Source: an uncultured candidate division Zixibacteria bacterium (GTDB taxonomy: Bacteria; Zixibacteria; MSB-5A5; UBA10806). Taken from it: a stretch of DNA of 64,000 bases. The notes beneath the pieces were generated by a model. It was not told the DNA's origin, did no database searches, and was given only the letters and a program-made list of their open reading frames with translations. The stretch lies in NCBI GenBank assembly GCA_963801605.1, contig CAWDFP010000006.1:864001-928000 (forward strand), read 5' to 3'. This document shows positions 31,601 to 41,100 of the stretch, in pieces; position 1 is the stretch's first letter, and each line of letters begins with the position of its first letter. A program made the translations under genes and the position numbers.

Positions 31601-31777
31601 TGCAAAGGTCGCCAAAGTATCCTCGCCCTTATAGAAATAGATATCAAAGTTTGGCGTTTGGATATAGTACCAGTCGTAATTTTTATACTGGACTTTATTT
31701 TGGCCAAAAGAAACCTCCTGAGCCGTCCCTTCTTGACAGGTGACCGCCAGGAGGATTAATAATAATGCTTTTTTCAT
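28619..31777 (-). CDS. Zincin (peptidase MA-like) + PD40/TolB beta-propeller + Omp85 (BamA/TamA-type) beta-barrel fusion
   Basis: Signal peptide, FGQNKVQY, HELTH..WFSEGFAEY, multiple PxWSPDG repeats, IRGY barrel motif, C-terminal FSFGAEF. Confidence 0.82.
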   Translation of the reverse strand: MKKALLLILLAVTCQEGTAQEVSFGQNKVQYKNYDWYYIQTPNFDIYFYKGEDTLATFAANSLQSAYAEIKEELNYTLASRVPVIIYASHNEFQQTNVISELIPEGVGGFTEVFRNRIVIPFTGSYEDFRHVLHHELTHAIWFDLLYGNVLKSLLSTEALFRPPLWFSEGFAEYSSRHGWDLEADMYMRDAVIQGYLPPLNMLDGFLAYKGGQSACEYISEKYGGEKISEILNKGKSAIIMERATKAALGVSLENVSDDWQKAMRRVYWPEIANRKEPGELAKSLTDHTKDGSVFNQKPEWSPKGDRLAFFSDKNNPQNGYSDRFNEVYIISTVDGKVISRVVKAERSGDLESLHSYFSGLTWSPDGNELAFVGKSDGSDVLFIYDAISGHRKKKIDLRMSGMRNPSWSRDGSKIAIDGIKDGFTDIYIYDLKTKDLKQLMHDKYDDHYPTWSNDNRYIAFSSDRPVSSTDTTLTPRYGDYNIFLYDTQLGEMKLLVESPYKDDQPAFSPDGARIAFISNRNGIDNIYIYEMADSRTYPVTNIISGAFSPSWSPDGDQLAFSAFFKYGFDIYVIKNIKDASDENGGLKLTHYMQKLRSGEKDIFVPSAATSDTTAIKPDSTIAEPADFSTYVFRVGEGEIEQHTEELKPDSLKAEAKLDSSLAEIDTLNYLLPDGSYKQNHYKLKFAPELVTGGLTYDNFYGLQGQSYLSISDLLGNHHFYLYTDLVNTIDQSNIQVAYSYTAKRMDYLAAVFHFKNLYYNDSAGYFFSDRIYGAQGYVSYPFSKFSRLDLTLSQITVDRETYADYVPNRTTNIMIGSLSFTNDAVIWGLTGPVGGQRYAVKYDQSIKAVGTALSFSALEFDYRKYWFFWSHYNMAMRLGGGFSNGRDAKTYYLGGTSNWISPSRSKGDIYNVEDIYVNELVVPIRGYNYFSQAGTRFGVFNLEFRYPFIDYFKLHFPLPITLAQVSGALFWDMGTSWNSRDSRFLENLHFHDPHNTNIPDSTRVGDVLAGFGFGPRINLGIFVLRVDLAWATNMVHVAHKPRWYFSFGAEF

Positions 31778-31852
31778 CTGTCTCTCTGCGTAATCAGATT
31801 ACCGCCTGTTGTTAAGACTTCATTTAGAGGCAAAATAGCAGCCCCAGGTAGA

Positions 31853-33115
31853 TTACATGGCAACTCGCGTAATATTCCCGCCAATTGCCTGAAGACTTTC
31901 CTCTAATTTTTCATAGCCACGATCGACATGGTATATCCTCAATATCTCCGATTCGCCCGAGGCCGCCAATGTCGCCAGCACCAGTCCGGCTCCGGCGCGA
32001 ATATCAGACATCATAACCGAGGCGCCTGTTAATTTTTCAACGCCTGTTACGATAGCCTCATCACCCGATACCTTAATCTGCGCCCCTAATCTCTGCATCT
32101 CCATGACATGCGTAAACCTTTCTGTGAAAACGGTTTCACGCACATACGAGGTGCCGTTGGCAACCGCCACCAAAGCCATCATTGCGGCCTGGAGATCGGT
32201 GGGGAATCCTGGAAATGGGTAGGTTGTCACCCGAAGCGGCCCTGGACGGTTCTTCTGCCGGGCCGAAATTTTATTTCCCTTAAACGTAAATTCCATCCCG
32301 GATTCGGTGAGCTTCGAAATTACAATTTTAAGATCGTCGAAATTGGCATGAGATAACTCGATATTTCCACCGCAAGCGCCGATTGCCATGAGATATGTTC
32401 CTGCTACCAGGCGATCCGGCATGATCCGATAATCAACTCCATGAAGCTGCTTAACTCCGGCGATCTCAATTCTGGTTGTACCGGCTCCGGTAATCTTTGA
32501 CCCCATTTTGTTGAGAAAGTTTGCCAGGTCTACAACTTCCGGGTCGCAAGCGGCATTCACTATCGTGGTCTTACCTTTGGCAAGTGCGGCAGCCATCATA
32601 ATATTTTCAGTGCCAGTGTGGCTGGGTCGATCGAAGAAAAGCTCGCCTCCCACCAGGTCTTTGGCGCTGGCATTGATATATCCGCGACTTTCGGAAATTT
32701 TCACGCCCAAGCGCTTAAATCCCATAATATGCTGATCCACCGGACGCGGCCCGAGGACACATCCGCCGGGAAGCGATACCCTGGCTTTATGGAGTCGTCC
32801 CAATAGCGGACCCATAACCAGAAACGATGCCCGCATCTTACGAACCAGATCGTATGGTGCGATATGGCTTGTAAGGTTGGTGGCGTCAACCATCATATCA
32901 CCGGCCTTGGGATCGTAATCGATCCTGGCGCCGAGACCTTCAAGCACGCCGTTGATGGTGTGAATGTCCGCCAGATTGGGGATATTTTCTAAATATGTTT
33001 TGCCTTTATTGGCCAATAGTGATGCTACTATGATTGGTAAAGCTGCATTTTTAGAACCCGAAACTTTCAAACTTCCAGAAAGTTTCTTCCCACCCTTGAC
33101 TATGAATTTATCCAT
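31853..33115 (-). CDS. murA: UDP-N-acetylglucosamine 1-carboxyvinyltransferase
   Basis: GSKNAALP, KMRAS, LPGGCVLGPRPVD (catalytic Cys present), PGFPTD, DRGYE. Confidence 0.96.
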   Translation of the reverse strand: MDKFIVKGGKKLSGSLKVSGSKNAALPIIVASLLANKGKTYLENIPNLADIHTINGVLEGLGARIDYDPKAGDMMVDATNLTSHIAPYDLVRKMRASFLVMGPLLGRLHKARVSLPGGCVLGPRPVDQHIMGFKRLGVKISESRGYINASAKDLVGGELFFDRPSHTGTENIMMAAALAKGKTTIVNAACDPEVVDLANFLNKMGSKITGAGTTRIEIAGVKQLHGVDYRIMPDRLVAGTYLMAIGACGGNIELSHANFDDLKIVISKLTESGMEFTFKGNKISARQKNRPGPLRVTTYPFPGFPTDLQAAMMALVAVANGTSYVRETVFTERFTHVMEMQRLGAQIKVSGDEAIVTGVEKLTGASVMMSDIRAGAGLVLATLAASGESEILRIYHVDRGYEKLEESLQAIGGNITRVAM

Positions 33116-33359
33116 TGTGCCTTTCCGTTTCCCGCAAACAGCCAGGTTCTTTTACAGTTCTAAAGAAATTTTGTTCTTTTTATGCTTCAGGATGAAAAGA
33201 GCATTTGCCCGATATCCTGATGCTCCTATTCAATATGCCATCAGAAGCATGGCAAAAACCTTTTGCCCCTCACTAACCCATTATATTATAATGGTCTTGA
33301 TGGGGCAAGAGATAAGCCGAAACAAGTTCGTAAAAATTCAAACCAACCCTCTTTTTGGT

Positions 33360-34181
33360 ATGCCCAACCGTGATTCGGAAAGTGAAACGCGGTCCAGCCT
33401 GGAATTAGCCAAATTATTAAGGGAGCAAAAGGCATTCGAAAATAAACGAATTTATTTTATTTCGGATGCTCATCTGAGGATTTTTGATGGCGATCCTGGA
33501 ATCGAAACGAAACTATTGAAGGTTTTCGACGAGGTTAAATCATCCGGATCACATTTGTATATTGTTGGCGACCTTTTCGATTTCTGGTTCGAATATAAAT
33601 TCGCAGTTCCGGCAGCCTATTTAAAGGTAGTCGCGGCGCTTCTCGATTTGACCGGTGCAGGTATCAAAGTTGTCTATATACCCGGCAACCACGATTTCTG
33701 GATGAAAGATTTTTTGCATCGCGAGGCCGGTGTGGAGCTGGTGCATCCCGAAGGCAACGGCCGTGCTGGAGAAGGGATTGCTGTGGAACATTTCGGTAAG
33801 CGAATTTATATCACCCATGGAGATGGCCTGCGGCGCGACGATTATGGTTATCGTTTTATAAAGCGGCTTTTCCGCAACAAGTTTTGTATCTGGCTATATT
33901 CGCAGCTTCCGGTGAACATTGCCTATCGTCTGGCGATGCGTTCCTCCAAAGCTTCTCGCGATTATACAACTAATCGTAAAAAAAGTGATCCTTCCGATTA
34001 TATCAATTTTGCCCGCTTGAAAGTGGCTGATGGTTTCGACGCTGTAGTTATGGGCCACGTGCATCTACCCCAGATAGAGGATCTCGGCCAGGGATTATAT
34101 ATCAACTGCGGTGATTTCTTCGAGCATTTCAGCTATGTAGTGCAGGACGAGAACGGATTTAAAATGCTAAACGCAGTATGA
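33360..34181 (+). CDS. lpxH: UDP-2,3-diacylglucosamine diphosphatase-like metallophosphoesterase
   Basis: ISDAH, GDLFDFW, GNHD, HGD, GHVH. The start is uncertain; the ORF-track N-terminal extension overlaps murA and is rejected. Confidence 0.78.
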   Translation: MPNRDSESETRSSLELAKLLREQKAFENKRIYFISDAHLRIFDGDPGIETKLLKVFDEVKSSGSHLYIVGDLFDFWFEYKFAVPAAYLKVVAALLDLTGAGIKVVYIPGNHDFWMKDFLHREAGVELVHPEGNGRAGEGIAVEHFGKRIYITHGDGLRRDDYGYRFIKRLFRNKFCIWLYSQLPVNIAYRLAMRSSKASRDYTTNRKKSDPSDYINFARLKVADGFDAVVMGHVHLPQIEDLGQGLYINCGDFFEHFSYVVQDENGFKMLNAV

Positions 34182-34260
34182 TAGTAAAATACTCTGCTGC
34201 AATTTTGTAACGCCTCACCATCTGGCATACCCCGTAAACGAACCGTTATATAACCTAAAT

Positions 34261-34292
34261 TAAAACGCGGCGAACCATCTGATCCGCCGCGC
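34261..34292 (-). terminator. Probable terminator
   Basis: CGCGGCG..CGCCGCG stem preceded by an A-run. Confidence 0.55.
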
Positions 34293-34316
34293 TTGTGTTT
34301 TAAACTGAAGTCTGAG

Positions 34317-37300
34317 CTATTTGATTAGAGACATCTTGTGTACGATTTCCTTATCTCCTGTCCTTAGGCGATAGAAATAAACACCTGATGCCACCGGCTC
34401 TCCACTGCTATCGTGGCCATTCCAGATTATCTTCTTATAACCTGCCTGTTGGTTTTCATCAACTAAAGTCAGAGTTTTCTGGCCCATGATATTGAATACC
34501 TCAATCTTCACATGGGACGCCTTAGGCAGACCATAGCTGATTGTCGTCACAGGGTTGAAAGGATTCGGGTAGTTCTGCGACAAGAAGAATTCTTTCGGAA
34601 TCGCAGGTTGATTATCGGAAATCCCCACTTCGCGCTGCAAACGGCCGGCGTCCGGGTTTGAGACAAATGATTCCGCTGTCCAAGCGCTATCGCCATAAAC
34701 CGCGGATACCCTGTACCAATAGATCACGGTATCGGGCGCGGCATCGGAATAGCTTGGCGATGTTAGCAAGGCGCTGTTTATCTTGGAATAGGCGCCAATT
34801 TCCCAAAGACTACGATAAATATTGTACCCCAGTAGTTTTGGATGAGCTACCGCATCCCAGTTAACCTGAATCGAATTATGCAGCGTATCGGAAGCAAGGA
34901 CATTTGATGGCACAATACATCTCGACAGATTAAAATCTATACCGGTAATCAGGCTGTCTGTTACAATCGTAATGCTGTCTCTGAACTCTGGCAGGTATCC
35001 TGCCATTTCAGCCTTCAGGTTCAGAATGCCGGTCGGCAGAGCACTCATCCAATAACTCCCATTGGCAGCCGTCAAACGATACTGGCCGCTGGATGCAGTA
35101 ATCTTAATACCGCTATTGTCTCCCAGGCTATCGATCTGAGCCGTGCCCTTTATGCCGCCCCTGCCGGTATTGGTGGTAACAAGGATAGCACCCTGATTGG
35201 CCAAATTTATAGCTCCTGCCCCGTTTGCATTGTCAAAAGTATATTGAAGACCAATAAGCTCTTCCCAATTTTCGATTCCCACCGAGGCGTAATTGTTTCC
35301 GGAGTCGTTATTGTAAATGGTGTTGTATTGGAAAAGTATATCCGCATCGCCGGTAGCAGTTGGATAGTAAACGGGGTCGGAGATTATCATCTCGAATGTT
35401 TCCAATGAACTGGAATTGTTATTGGTCAGGTGGTACCACTCTATAACATACTTGTGAGTTAGTGTATCGCTCCAGATATAGACGCCATTGGGTGAGGACG
35501 TATACGAGAGATCGTCCCAGAATGGTGAAATTTGAGCTCGGGCGAATCCGGGTGTTGGTATCGGCCAGTTAAAGAAGTAGTTATAGTAATTACCGGCCAT
35601 ATCGTACTTGGATGTATCCGGTGAAACAAACCCGTTGATACAAATAATCAGCGCCTGATAAGGATTCCCATAGTAAACAAAATCAAACGGCAACCTGATA
35701 ATTACCGATTTGTCGTCCAATTCGGAGCCGTAGTTTAAGCGCGTTCCCTGGCCTCCCAGGCTGGGAACAAGTTCCACCCAATTATAATGAGGATGAACCG
35801 GATAAAGCGAGTCGGTTTTGTCGTACATATAATAGCCGTATGCGTCTGGACCTGTCGGGTCATTACCGTGAACAATGCTATCGACCTTTACATAAAACGG
35901 AATTTCTGAACTGGCTCCGGTGGATGTAGAGGTGTGGAGATTAAACTTTATTCTCCTGCCGGGAAATGCACCCAGGTCGACCGAGACCACCATGGGGGAG
36001 AGCGCATTAGACGATGTATCTCCCATCGGCATATCGCCGAATGTACCCTCGGCGCTCCTGACCCTAGCGAAATCATCCATGGTACTGATCGTGCCTACAA
36101 CGCCTGCTGCGTCACGCCCATGGTTGATTATAGTCACTACCATTTGCGCTGTGTCTCCCGGATCCAATCGCCCATTGGCGTCCAAAATCGCGGCGCTTCT
36201 AATTGTAAATTGTGGGGCTGTTACGGGAATCTCAATAACTGATTGCCAGCTAAGGGTATCTTGATCGGTGGCGGTTACTTTCAGCCTGACGAGATCGCCG
36301 TCAGCTGCGTTGGGGTTAATGCGGACTACAAACGGTTGAGCGGATGCACCGTTTTGACCAGGAAGGATATTGCCGAAATTACGGCTGCCATCGAGGATCT
36401 CCGCCATGCTGTTATCTATCGGTTCGATAGCGCCTGTTACATTGTTGGCAGTCAGGTTATTTCCAAAATTTCTCAGGGTAACCGCCAACTCCAGCATTTC
36501 GCCGGGATTTGCCAGGCTATCGCTATTTCCATAAGAATAGCCAAGAGTATCATCATCGATTGCATAAGAATTAAATCCTACCGCTACATCGCTAGTGACA
36601 AGCTCGACCTTACCTTCATACGGAATCAGATTCTGCCCGGAAACGGTAACTGCTAAAGCTCCGGAAGTCTGGGCGCTAAATGATAAGGAAACGTTGCCGT
36701 CCTCATCAGTTTTCCCCAGGCTGTAGCATTCCTCGGTCGTATCGACCATCTTAATCAATGAAACATAGGCATCCTTTATGGGATATCCTGACGAATCAAC
36801 CACGTTGATATCGAGATGATTGAGACCTAATGCCAGGGTATCTGGATGAGTAACCACAAGATAAGTGGGAATCTTGGTGCGCAATTCGAGCTCGGGGTCT
36901 CCCAACATGTTGTAAGTATTAAAATATTGTCTTACCTCGGCATTTATATAGCGTGGAAATGTCCTATACATCTGTAATTTACCCCTTATCGCCGCCGGGG
37001 CAAAGTGGTATACGTTTTCGCCAAAGATGCCGAAGAAGTACCCGACCATAATTGGATTGTTCCACTTCGTATGGGTACCATGGTCGGAGACTCCGTAAAA
37101 GGCCGGTCCGCCCTTTAGACTGTCAGGATTTAAGCCCATTCGAATCCAGGTTTCGCCGAAACAAGGATCAGTATAGGTATCACCAAAATCGCCTGTACCG
37201 CAAGTAAGGGGAGACATAACTCCCAGTTTCTGATTGTTAGGCATGGCGTTAAGGTCGGTAACTGTCCAACCCGGGCCCCACCAACCATCAGAGCTCCCCG

Positions 37301-38639
37301 CGCCCCGATACCATATAAATCCCGGCCCGCTATTGATAAAACCGGAAAGTCGAGGATCCGTACCGGACGAGCATACTGTATCAACACGGCTGAAGCCGTT
37401 TTGAAGCGCTAACTGGCGCACCCACAACGTGATATAGCGCGATGATTCGTACCAGGTATATGCCACAGAGAGTCCGCGAATCCAGTGCGTAGGATCACGC
37501 ATCAAGGGGGTTTCCTCATACTTGAAAATTTTCGAAACCGCCTTCTTAAAATCCTGTAAATTATCAACAGAGAGCCTGGCAACGAAAATATCAGGTAAGA
37601 AATCTGTTCCATCCACGCAGGCGTAGCCATGATCCGATGCAAAGCCGCTGTAACCAAATTGAGAAACCATATAGGTTCCGTCAACATCGCCCACTATCAT
37701 CACATACTCGGGAGGAACTTCCCAAGTCTGGTAAGCGGTCCTGAGATAGTTGAAGATTTGGGTTGAACTGGGATTGCCGCTGGAATTAATATCTGTGGTA
37801 CGAACAATTCTTACAGTATACCCTTTTTTATGTTTCCAGAGTGCCAGAGCCTTAAGAGAATCGGCCAGGGCCGGTTTGGTGATGATTACATACCCGCCGC
37901 GTTTAACTTCGGCATTGGAAAATATCTCTTCGAAATTGGCAAACATGCTCTTGTAAATGGGATAAAAACCCTCGGAGAGATACGGGGTACGTGTCAGCTT
38001 GGGATTGATGACTTCGCCGCCATAGGTGACTCCCACTTCCAAATCCCGGTAAACGCGAAGCTGTCTGGTTACCGGATTGTATTGCACGGGATTAAGAGAA
38101 ATCTGTATAGCGCGTACGTCACGTAAGATGATTGGCTCAGCGGCGGTTGCTAATTCGCTGGGGTAAAACTCATCGGTTGAATATGCGTTCTGATCGATAG
38201 TAAATGGTATTATTTCATTGGGATTGCTATCGGATTTCGACGGCTGCACGGGAGCGAGATCGATATTGTCGAAAGTATCGTATCCGGAATAGGTCACGTT
38301 TACTTGAACTCCAGCTTGATCCGGAATTATTATCATGGTCGTCAGTACCGGGATATCGGGCTTTCCGTCCTCAGCTAATGCCGCGGGGGAAAGATGTTCA
38401 GCCGCCGGTAGCGAAACTTCCTTGTATTCGGTCGAATTTAGAGTTACCGAGTTGATTGCCACGGCCGGTATTCCCAATGATAGGGATGTTCCGCCTGAAC
38501 TTTTGGGGCTGACATCAAGTCTGGCCGAAATATTGTCGAGATTTTGAACAATCCTCACCGATTCTGCCGCCAGTGCAATACCTGATGTTATAAGAATGGC
38601 GAGAGTTGCGGCTAAAACAATTAGTAGCCTTTTCTGCAT
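34317..38639 (-). CDS. Gingipain-like C25 family protein with propeptide, Ig/FN3 domains and C-terminal FlgD-like sorting domain
   Basis: GKPDIP propeptide, WKHKKG, IVGD, PDIFVARLS, YNMLGDP; C-terminal QNYPNPFNP..ASGVYFYRL..KMSLIK. Confidence 0.85.
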   Translation of the reverse strand: MQKRLLIVLAATLAILITSGIALAAESVRIVQNLDNISARLDVSPKSSGGTSLSLGIPAVAINSVTLNSTEYKEVSLPAAEHLSPAALAEDGKPDIPVLTTMIIIPDQAGVQVNVTYSGYDTFDNIDLAPVQPSKSDSNPNEIIPFTIDQNAYSTDEFYPSELATAAEPIILRDVRAIQISLNPVQYNPVTRQLRVYRDLEVGVTYGGEVINPKLTRTPYLSEGFYPIYKSMFANFEEIFSNAEVKRGGYVIITKPALADSLKALALWKHKKGYTVRIVRTTDINSSGNPSSTQIFNYLRTAYQTWEVPPEYVMIVGDVDGTYMVSQFGYSGFASDHGYACVDGTDFLPDIFVARLSVDNLQDFKKAVSKIFKYEETPLMRDPTHWIRGLSVAYTWYESSRYITLWVRQLALQNGFSRVDTVCSSGTDPRLSGFINSGPGFIWYRGAGSSDGWWGPGWTVTDLNAMPNNQKLGVMSPLTCGTGDFGDTYTDPCFGETWIRMGLNPDSLKGGPAFYGVSDHGTHTKWNNPIMVGYFFGIFGENVYHFAPAAIRGKLQMYRTFPRYINAEVRQYFNTYNMLGDPELELRTKIPTYLVVTHPDTLALGLNHLDINVVDSSGYPIKDAYVSLIKMVDTTEECYSLGKTDEDGNVSLSFSAQTSGALAVTVSGQNLIPYEGKVELVTSDVAVGFNSYAIDDDTLGYSYGNSDSLANPGEMLELAVTLRNFGNNLTANNVTGAIEPIDNSMAEILDGSRNFGNILPGQNGASAQPFVVRINPNAADGDLVRLKVTATDQDTLSWQSVIEIPVTAPQFTIRSAAILDANGRLDPGDTAQMVVTIINHGRDAAGVVGTISTMDDFARVRSAEGTFGDMPMGDTSSNALSPMVVSVDLGAFPGRRIKFNLHTSTSTGASSEIPFYVKVDSIVHGNDPTGPDAYGYYMYDKTDSLYPVHPHYNWVELVPSLGGQGTRLNYGSELDDKSVIIRLPFDFVYYGNPYQALIICINGFVSPDTSKYDMAGNYYNYFFNWPIPTPGFARAQISPFWDDLSYTSSPNGVYIWSDTLTHKYVIEWYHLTNNNSSSLETFEMIISDPVYYPTATGDADILFQYNTIYNNDSGNNYASVGIENWEELIGLQYTFDNANGAGAINLANQGAILVTTNTGRGGIKGTAQIDSLGDNSGIKITASSGQYRLTAANGSYWMSALPTGILNLKAEMAGYLPEFRDSITIVTDSLITGIDFNLSRCIVPSNVLASDTLHNSIQVNWDAVAHPKLLGYNIYRSLWEIGAYSKINSALLTSPSYSDAAPDTVIYWYRVSAVYGDSAWTAESFVSNPDAGRLQREVGISDNQPAIPKEFFLSQNYPNPFNPVTTISYGLPKASHVKIEVFNIMGQKTLTLVDENQQAGYKKIIWNGHDSSGEPVASGVYFYRLRTGDKEIVHKMSLIK

Positions 38640-38816
38640 AAAGCCTCCGTTGATTAATGAATGGCCATATCTGATATTTTAATATTCTTTTTATGAAAAA
38701 AGGATATTCCCCAATCAACAAACAGATTGATCGGAGACATGGCGGCGAAAGTGACAATATCCCTCAGTCATCTAAGCTTTAAGCGGGCTATTTTTCTTCT
38801 GGTGACCGCTTAACGG

Positions 38817-38845
38817 TGCAACAGAAAATGAACCGTTCGAGTTCC
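38817..38845 (-). promoter_or_regulatory. ECF-type promoter GGAAC-N18-GTTGCA
   Basis: GGAAC TCGAACGGTTCATTTTCT GTTGCA, facing the C25 gene. Confidence 0.5.
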
Positions 38846-39041
38846 AAAATATGGGGGTTTAGTGAATTGAGCAAGAATAATGTTTTCAGGACCATTAAGT
38901 TAGCAATCCGGGATTGCAATCGCATAGCCCTTATTCCGGATATTTATAATCCTTTATTGGTTAGGCGGTAAGGTTAACGAGGCTTGAATTTAAGGGCTTA
39001 AACAGCATTGAAAACCAATACAGTGCGAAATCGACCGAACA

Positions 39042-39070
39042 GGAACTCGTTTGCCAATAGTCGAGTATTA
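39042..39070 (+). promoter_or_regulatory. ECF-type promoter GGAAC-N18-GTATTA
   Basis: GGAAC TCGTTTGCCAATAGTCGA GTATTA, upstream of the cupredoxin gene. Confidence 0.65.
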
Positions 39071-39124
39071 TGATGAAAAAGTGCTTTTTATAACCTTATC
39101 TTAACTATCACAAGGAGCATATTT

Positions 39125-39568
39125 ATGGATAATATGACGGCAGCCCGGCGGGATTTTCGTCCGATTCTCGCTTCGGCAATTATCTTGATTGCCATTTTCT
39201 ATTTATATGGATGCGGGACTCCTGGCAAAAATATGCCTGTCACCGAGGTTACGGCGACAATCGCGGCCGATCAGGTACAGGATGTCAAGATTGACGTAGA
39301 AAGTTTTTATTTCAATCCCAGCCGGATTAACGTAGTTGTGGGAATACCCGTACGCCTAGCTCTTACCAATCATGCCCATATTATTCCGCATAATTTCAGT
39401 ATTCATGCTCCCGAGGCCGGGATGGACCTCGATAAAGATATTGGTACTCGCAAGACAGTCACTATAGAATTGACACCTACTAAAATTGGCGAATATGAGT
39501 TTTACTGCGACAAGGATGGCCACCATAAAAAAGGGATGGCGGGGAAACTGGTAGTTAAAGAGCGATAG
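39125..39568 (+). CDS. Cupredoxin-domain lipoprotein
   Basis: Lipobox LYGC; PHNF and YEFYCDKDGHHKKGM type-1 Cu ligands. Confidence 0.82.
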   Translation: MDNMTAARRDFRPILASAIILIAIFYLYGCGTPGKNMPVTEVTATIAADQVQDVKIDVESFYFNPSRINVVVGIPVRLALTNHAHIIPHNFSIHAPEAGMDLDKDIGTRKTVTIELTPTKIGEYEFYCDKDGHHKKGMAGKLVVKER

Positions 39569-39609
39569 CAATCATTGAATAAGGCGATTTGTTTTCGTTT
39601 CCAACCGAT

Positions 39610-39646
39610 AAAAAAACGATAACTCTCTCTTACGAAAGAGTTATCG
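39610..39646 (-). terminator. Intrinsic terminator for the small minus-strand gene
   Basis: CGATAACTCT..AGAGTTATCG stem preceded by A7. Confidence 0.75.
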
Positions 39647-39672
39647 CATCCAACTCTGAGATTTCCGGATGT

Positions 39673-39837
39673 TTAATGCGCCGAAAGCGTCAATTGTGCC
39701 CAATCGTTATATTTGATACCGGGATTTGTCAGCCCCAATTGCGATGTTACAACCACCAGGATTATTAAAGCGCATACTATAGATGCCACGATTAGGAATT
39801 TCGAATCTTCTTTCATGTAGATGAATTTGGCAAACAT
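39673..39837 (-). CDS. 54-aa single-TM small protein (absent from the ORF track)
   Basis: MFAKFIYMKEDSKFLIVASIVCALIILVVVTSQLGLTNPGIKYNDWAQLTLSAH*. It has an AAGGAG RBS, an upstream sigma54 motif and a downstream terminator. Confidence 0.7.
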   Translation of the reverse strand: MFAKFIYMKEDSKFLIVASIVCALIILVVVTSQLGLTNPGIKYNDWAQLTLSAH

Positions 39838-39896
39838 TCTATTCTCCTTTTATATAAATCCCGGACTTTATTTTCACCATCAGCTAATTAGGCTAT

Positions 39897-39912
39897 TGCA
39901 CATACCATGCCA
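39897..39912 (-). promoter_or_regulatory. Sigma54 (-24/-12) promoter
   Basis: TGGCATGGTATGTGCA (GG-N10-GC). An IHF-like ATACAACCGCTTA lies at ~39940-39952 (minus strand). Confidence 0.65.
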
Positions 39913-40209
39913 TGCAAATCGGCGATAAAATATAGCAGTTAAGCGGTTGTATTATAAGAGGTTAACCTACCGATATGGAATTTGGCAGAATTGGCCATAA
40001 TTAATTTATAATCAAAAATAATTGCCCAATCCAATATGTATGGGAGAAAGCCTATACAAGATTTAATGCCGAGGCAAATTCACCGGGATATTACGGGGAT
40101 TATAATATTGAAAAGTTGTGGCAATTCTTAAATAATGTCAAAAAATAATAATATATAGAAAGGAGCCCTGGAGGCTCCCCTATTTTCAAAATTCGGATTT
40201 TGGTGGCAG

Positions 40210-41100
40210 TTAGAATATAGCCAATTGAGCCGGGACATATCGCTGAAAATCGACATAGGACTTGTCCGACATAAAAACGTCCATTTCCAAAAGCCGAAAT
40301 CCCTTGCCCATTAAAAACTGGTATAGATCAATATTTTGAGCCGGACAACAAACTCGCAGGCTTTTCATTTTTGGTTCGGCGAATCTGAAAGTCTCTGACA
40401 TTACTTTAATCAAAATTTTATTTGAGATCGCTCCAGCCGGCGCTATAACGCCCCACTCTTTGTGAATCATGCTATAGCCAACCCGCTTGCCCTTATCCTT
40501 AAATATCAATATTCGAAATTTATTATTTTTAAGCCAGAAACGCCATTCCTGGGGATGGCTGTATCCTCGGATTTTATCCTCAAGCCGGTTTATCCATTCA
40601 ATATCCTGTTTCGAGGGTTTGGCGCTAACATCGAGCTCTGACGGTTCGGGCTTTTTGAGCTTTTTAAGCTTTAATTCCATTATGGGCAATGCACATATCG
40701 GCGCCATCCCGAAACGGCTGTAGATTCCCACCGCCTGCATATTATAAGCGAATGTCGAGAGCGAATGGCTAATGCCGGGCGCATCTTTCCAGACTCTTTC
40801 CAGAAGCTGCCGTCCAACTCCCTTATCCTGGTAGCGCGGATGAACAAATAGAAACGCCAGGTACCATTGTTTCCCTCTGATTAACGCGCCGGTAAAACCG
40901 ATGATTTTATTTCCGGCCCAGGCACACCAGAAAGTCTTCTTATCTTGCGAAAATAGATGTTCAATTTCAGCGTTTCGCCTGATCCGAAAACGAACCGGTG
41001 CTTTACCGGTGCTTTTCCGAAGATGGTTCATCGAAGATCGAATCGTTTTGAAAGCGGGAATCAGATCTTGTTTGCGACAGGGCTTGTAGATAACGTTCAT
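40210..41100 (-). CDS. GNAT-family N-acetyltransferase (tandem GNAT fold)
   Basis: LFVHPRYQDKGVGRQLL acetyl-CoA motif A; AVGIYSRFG. Confidence 0.82.
   Translation of the reverse strand: MNVIYKPCRKQDLIPAFKTIRSSMNHLRKSTGKAPVRFRIRRNAEIEHLFSQDKKTFWCAWAGNKIIGFTGALIRGKQWYLAFLFVHPRYQDKGVGRQLLERVWKDAPGISHSLSTFAYNMQAVGIYSRFGMAPICALPIMELKLKKLKKPEPSELDVSAKPSKQDIEWINRLEDKIRGYSHPQEWRFWLKNNKFRILIFKDKGKRVGYSMIHKEWGVIAPAGAISNKILIKVMSETFRFAEPKMKSLRVCCPAQNIDLYQFLMGKGFRLLEMDVFMSDKSYVDFQRYVPAQLAIF

Noticed and set aside
33249..33267. Sigma54 promoter TGGCAAAAACCTTTTGC
   Set aside because: GG-to-GC spacing is 12 nt rather than the required 10.
32964..33359. N-terminal extension of the 405-aa ORF
   Set aside because: It overlaps murA on the opposite strand and spans the divergent promoter region; phosphoesterase motifs begin only after ~33450.
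38740..39000. Riboswitch or ncRNA in the C25-cupredoxin intergenic region
   Set aside because: Short hairpins exist (e.g. GCAATCCGGGATTGC), but I cannot match any known aptamer consensus; an Rfam search would be needed.
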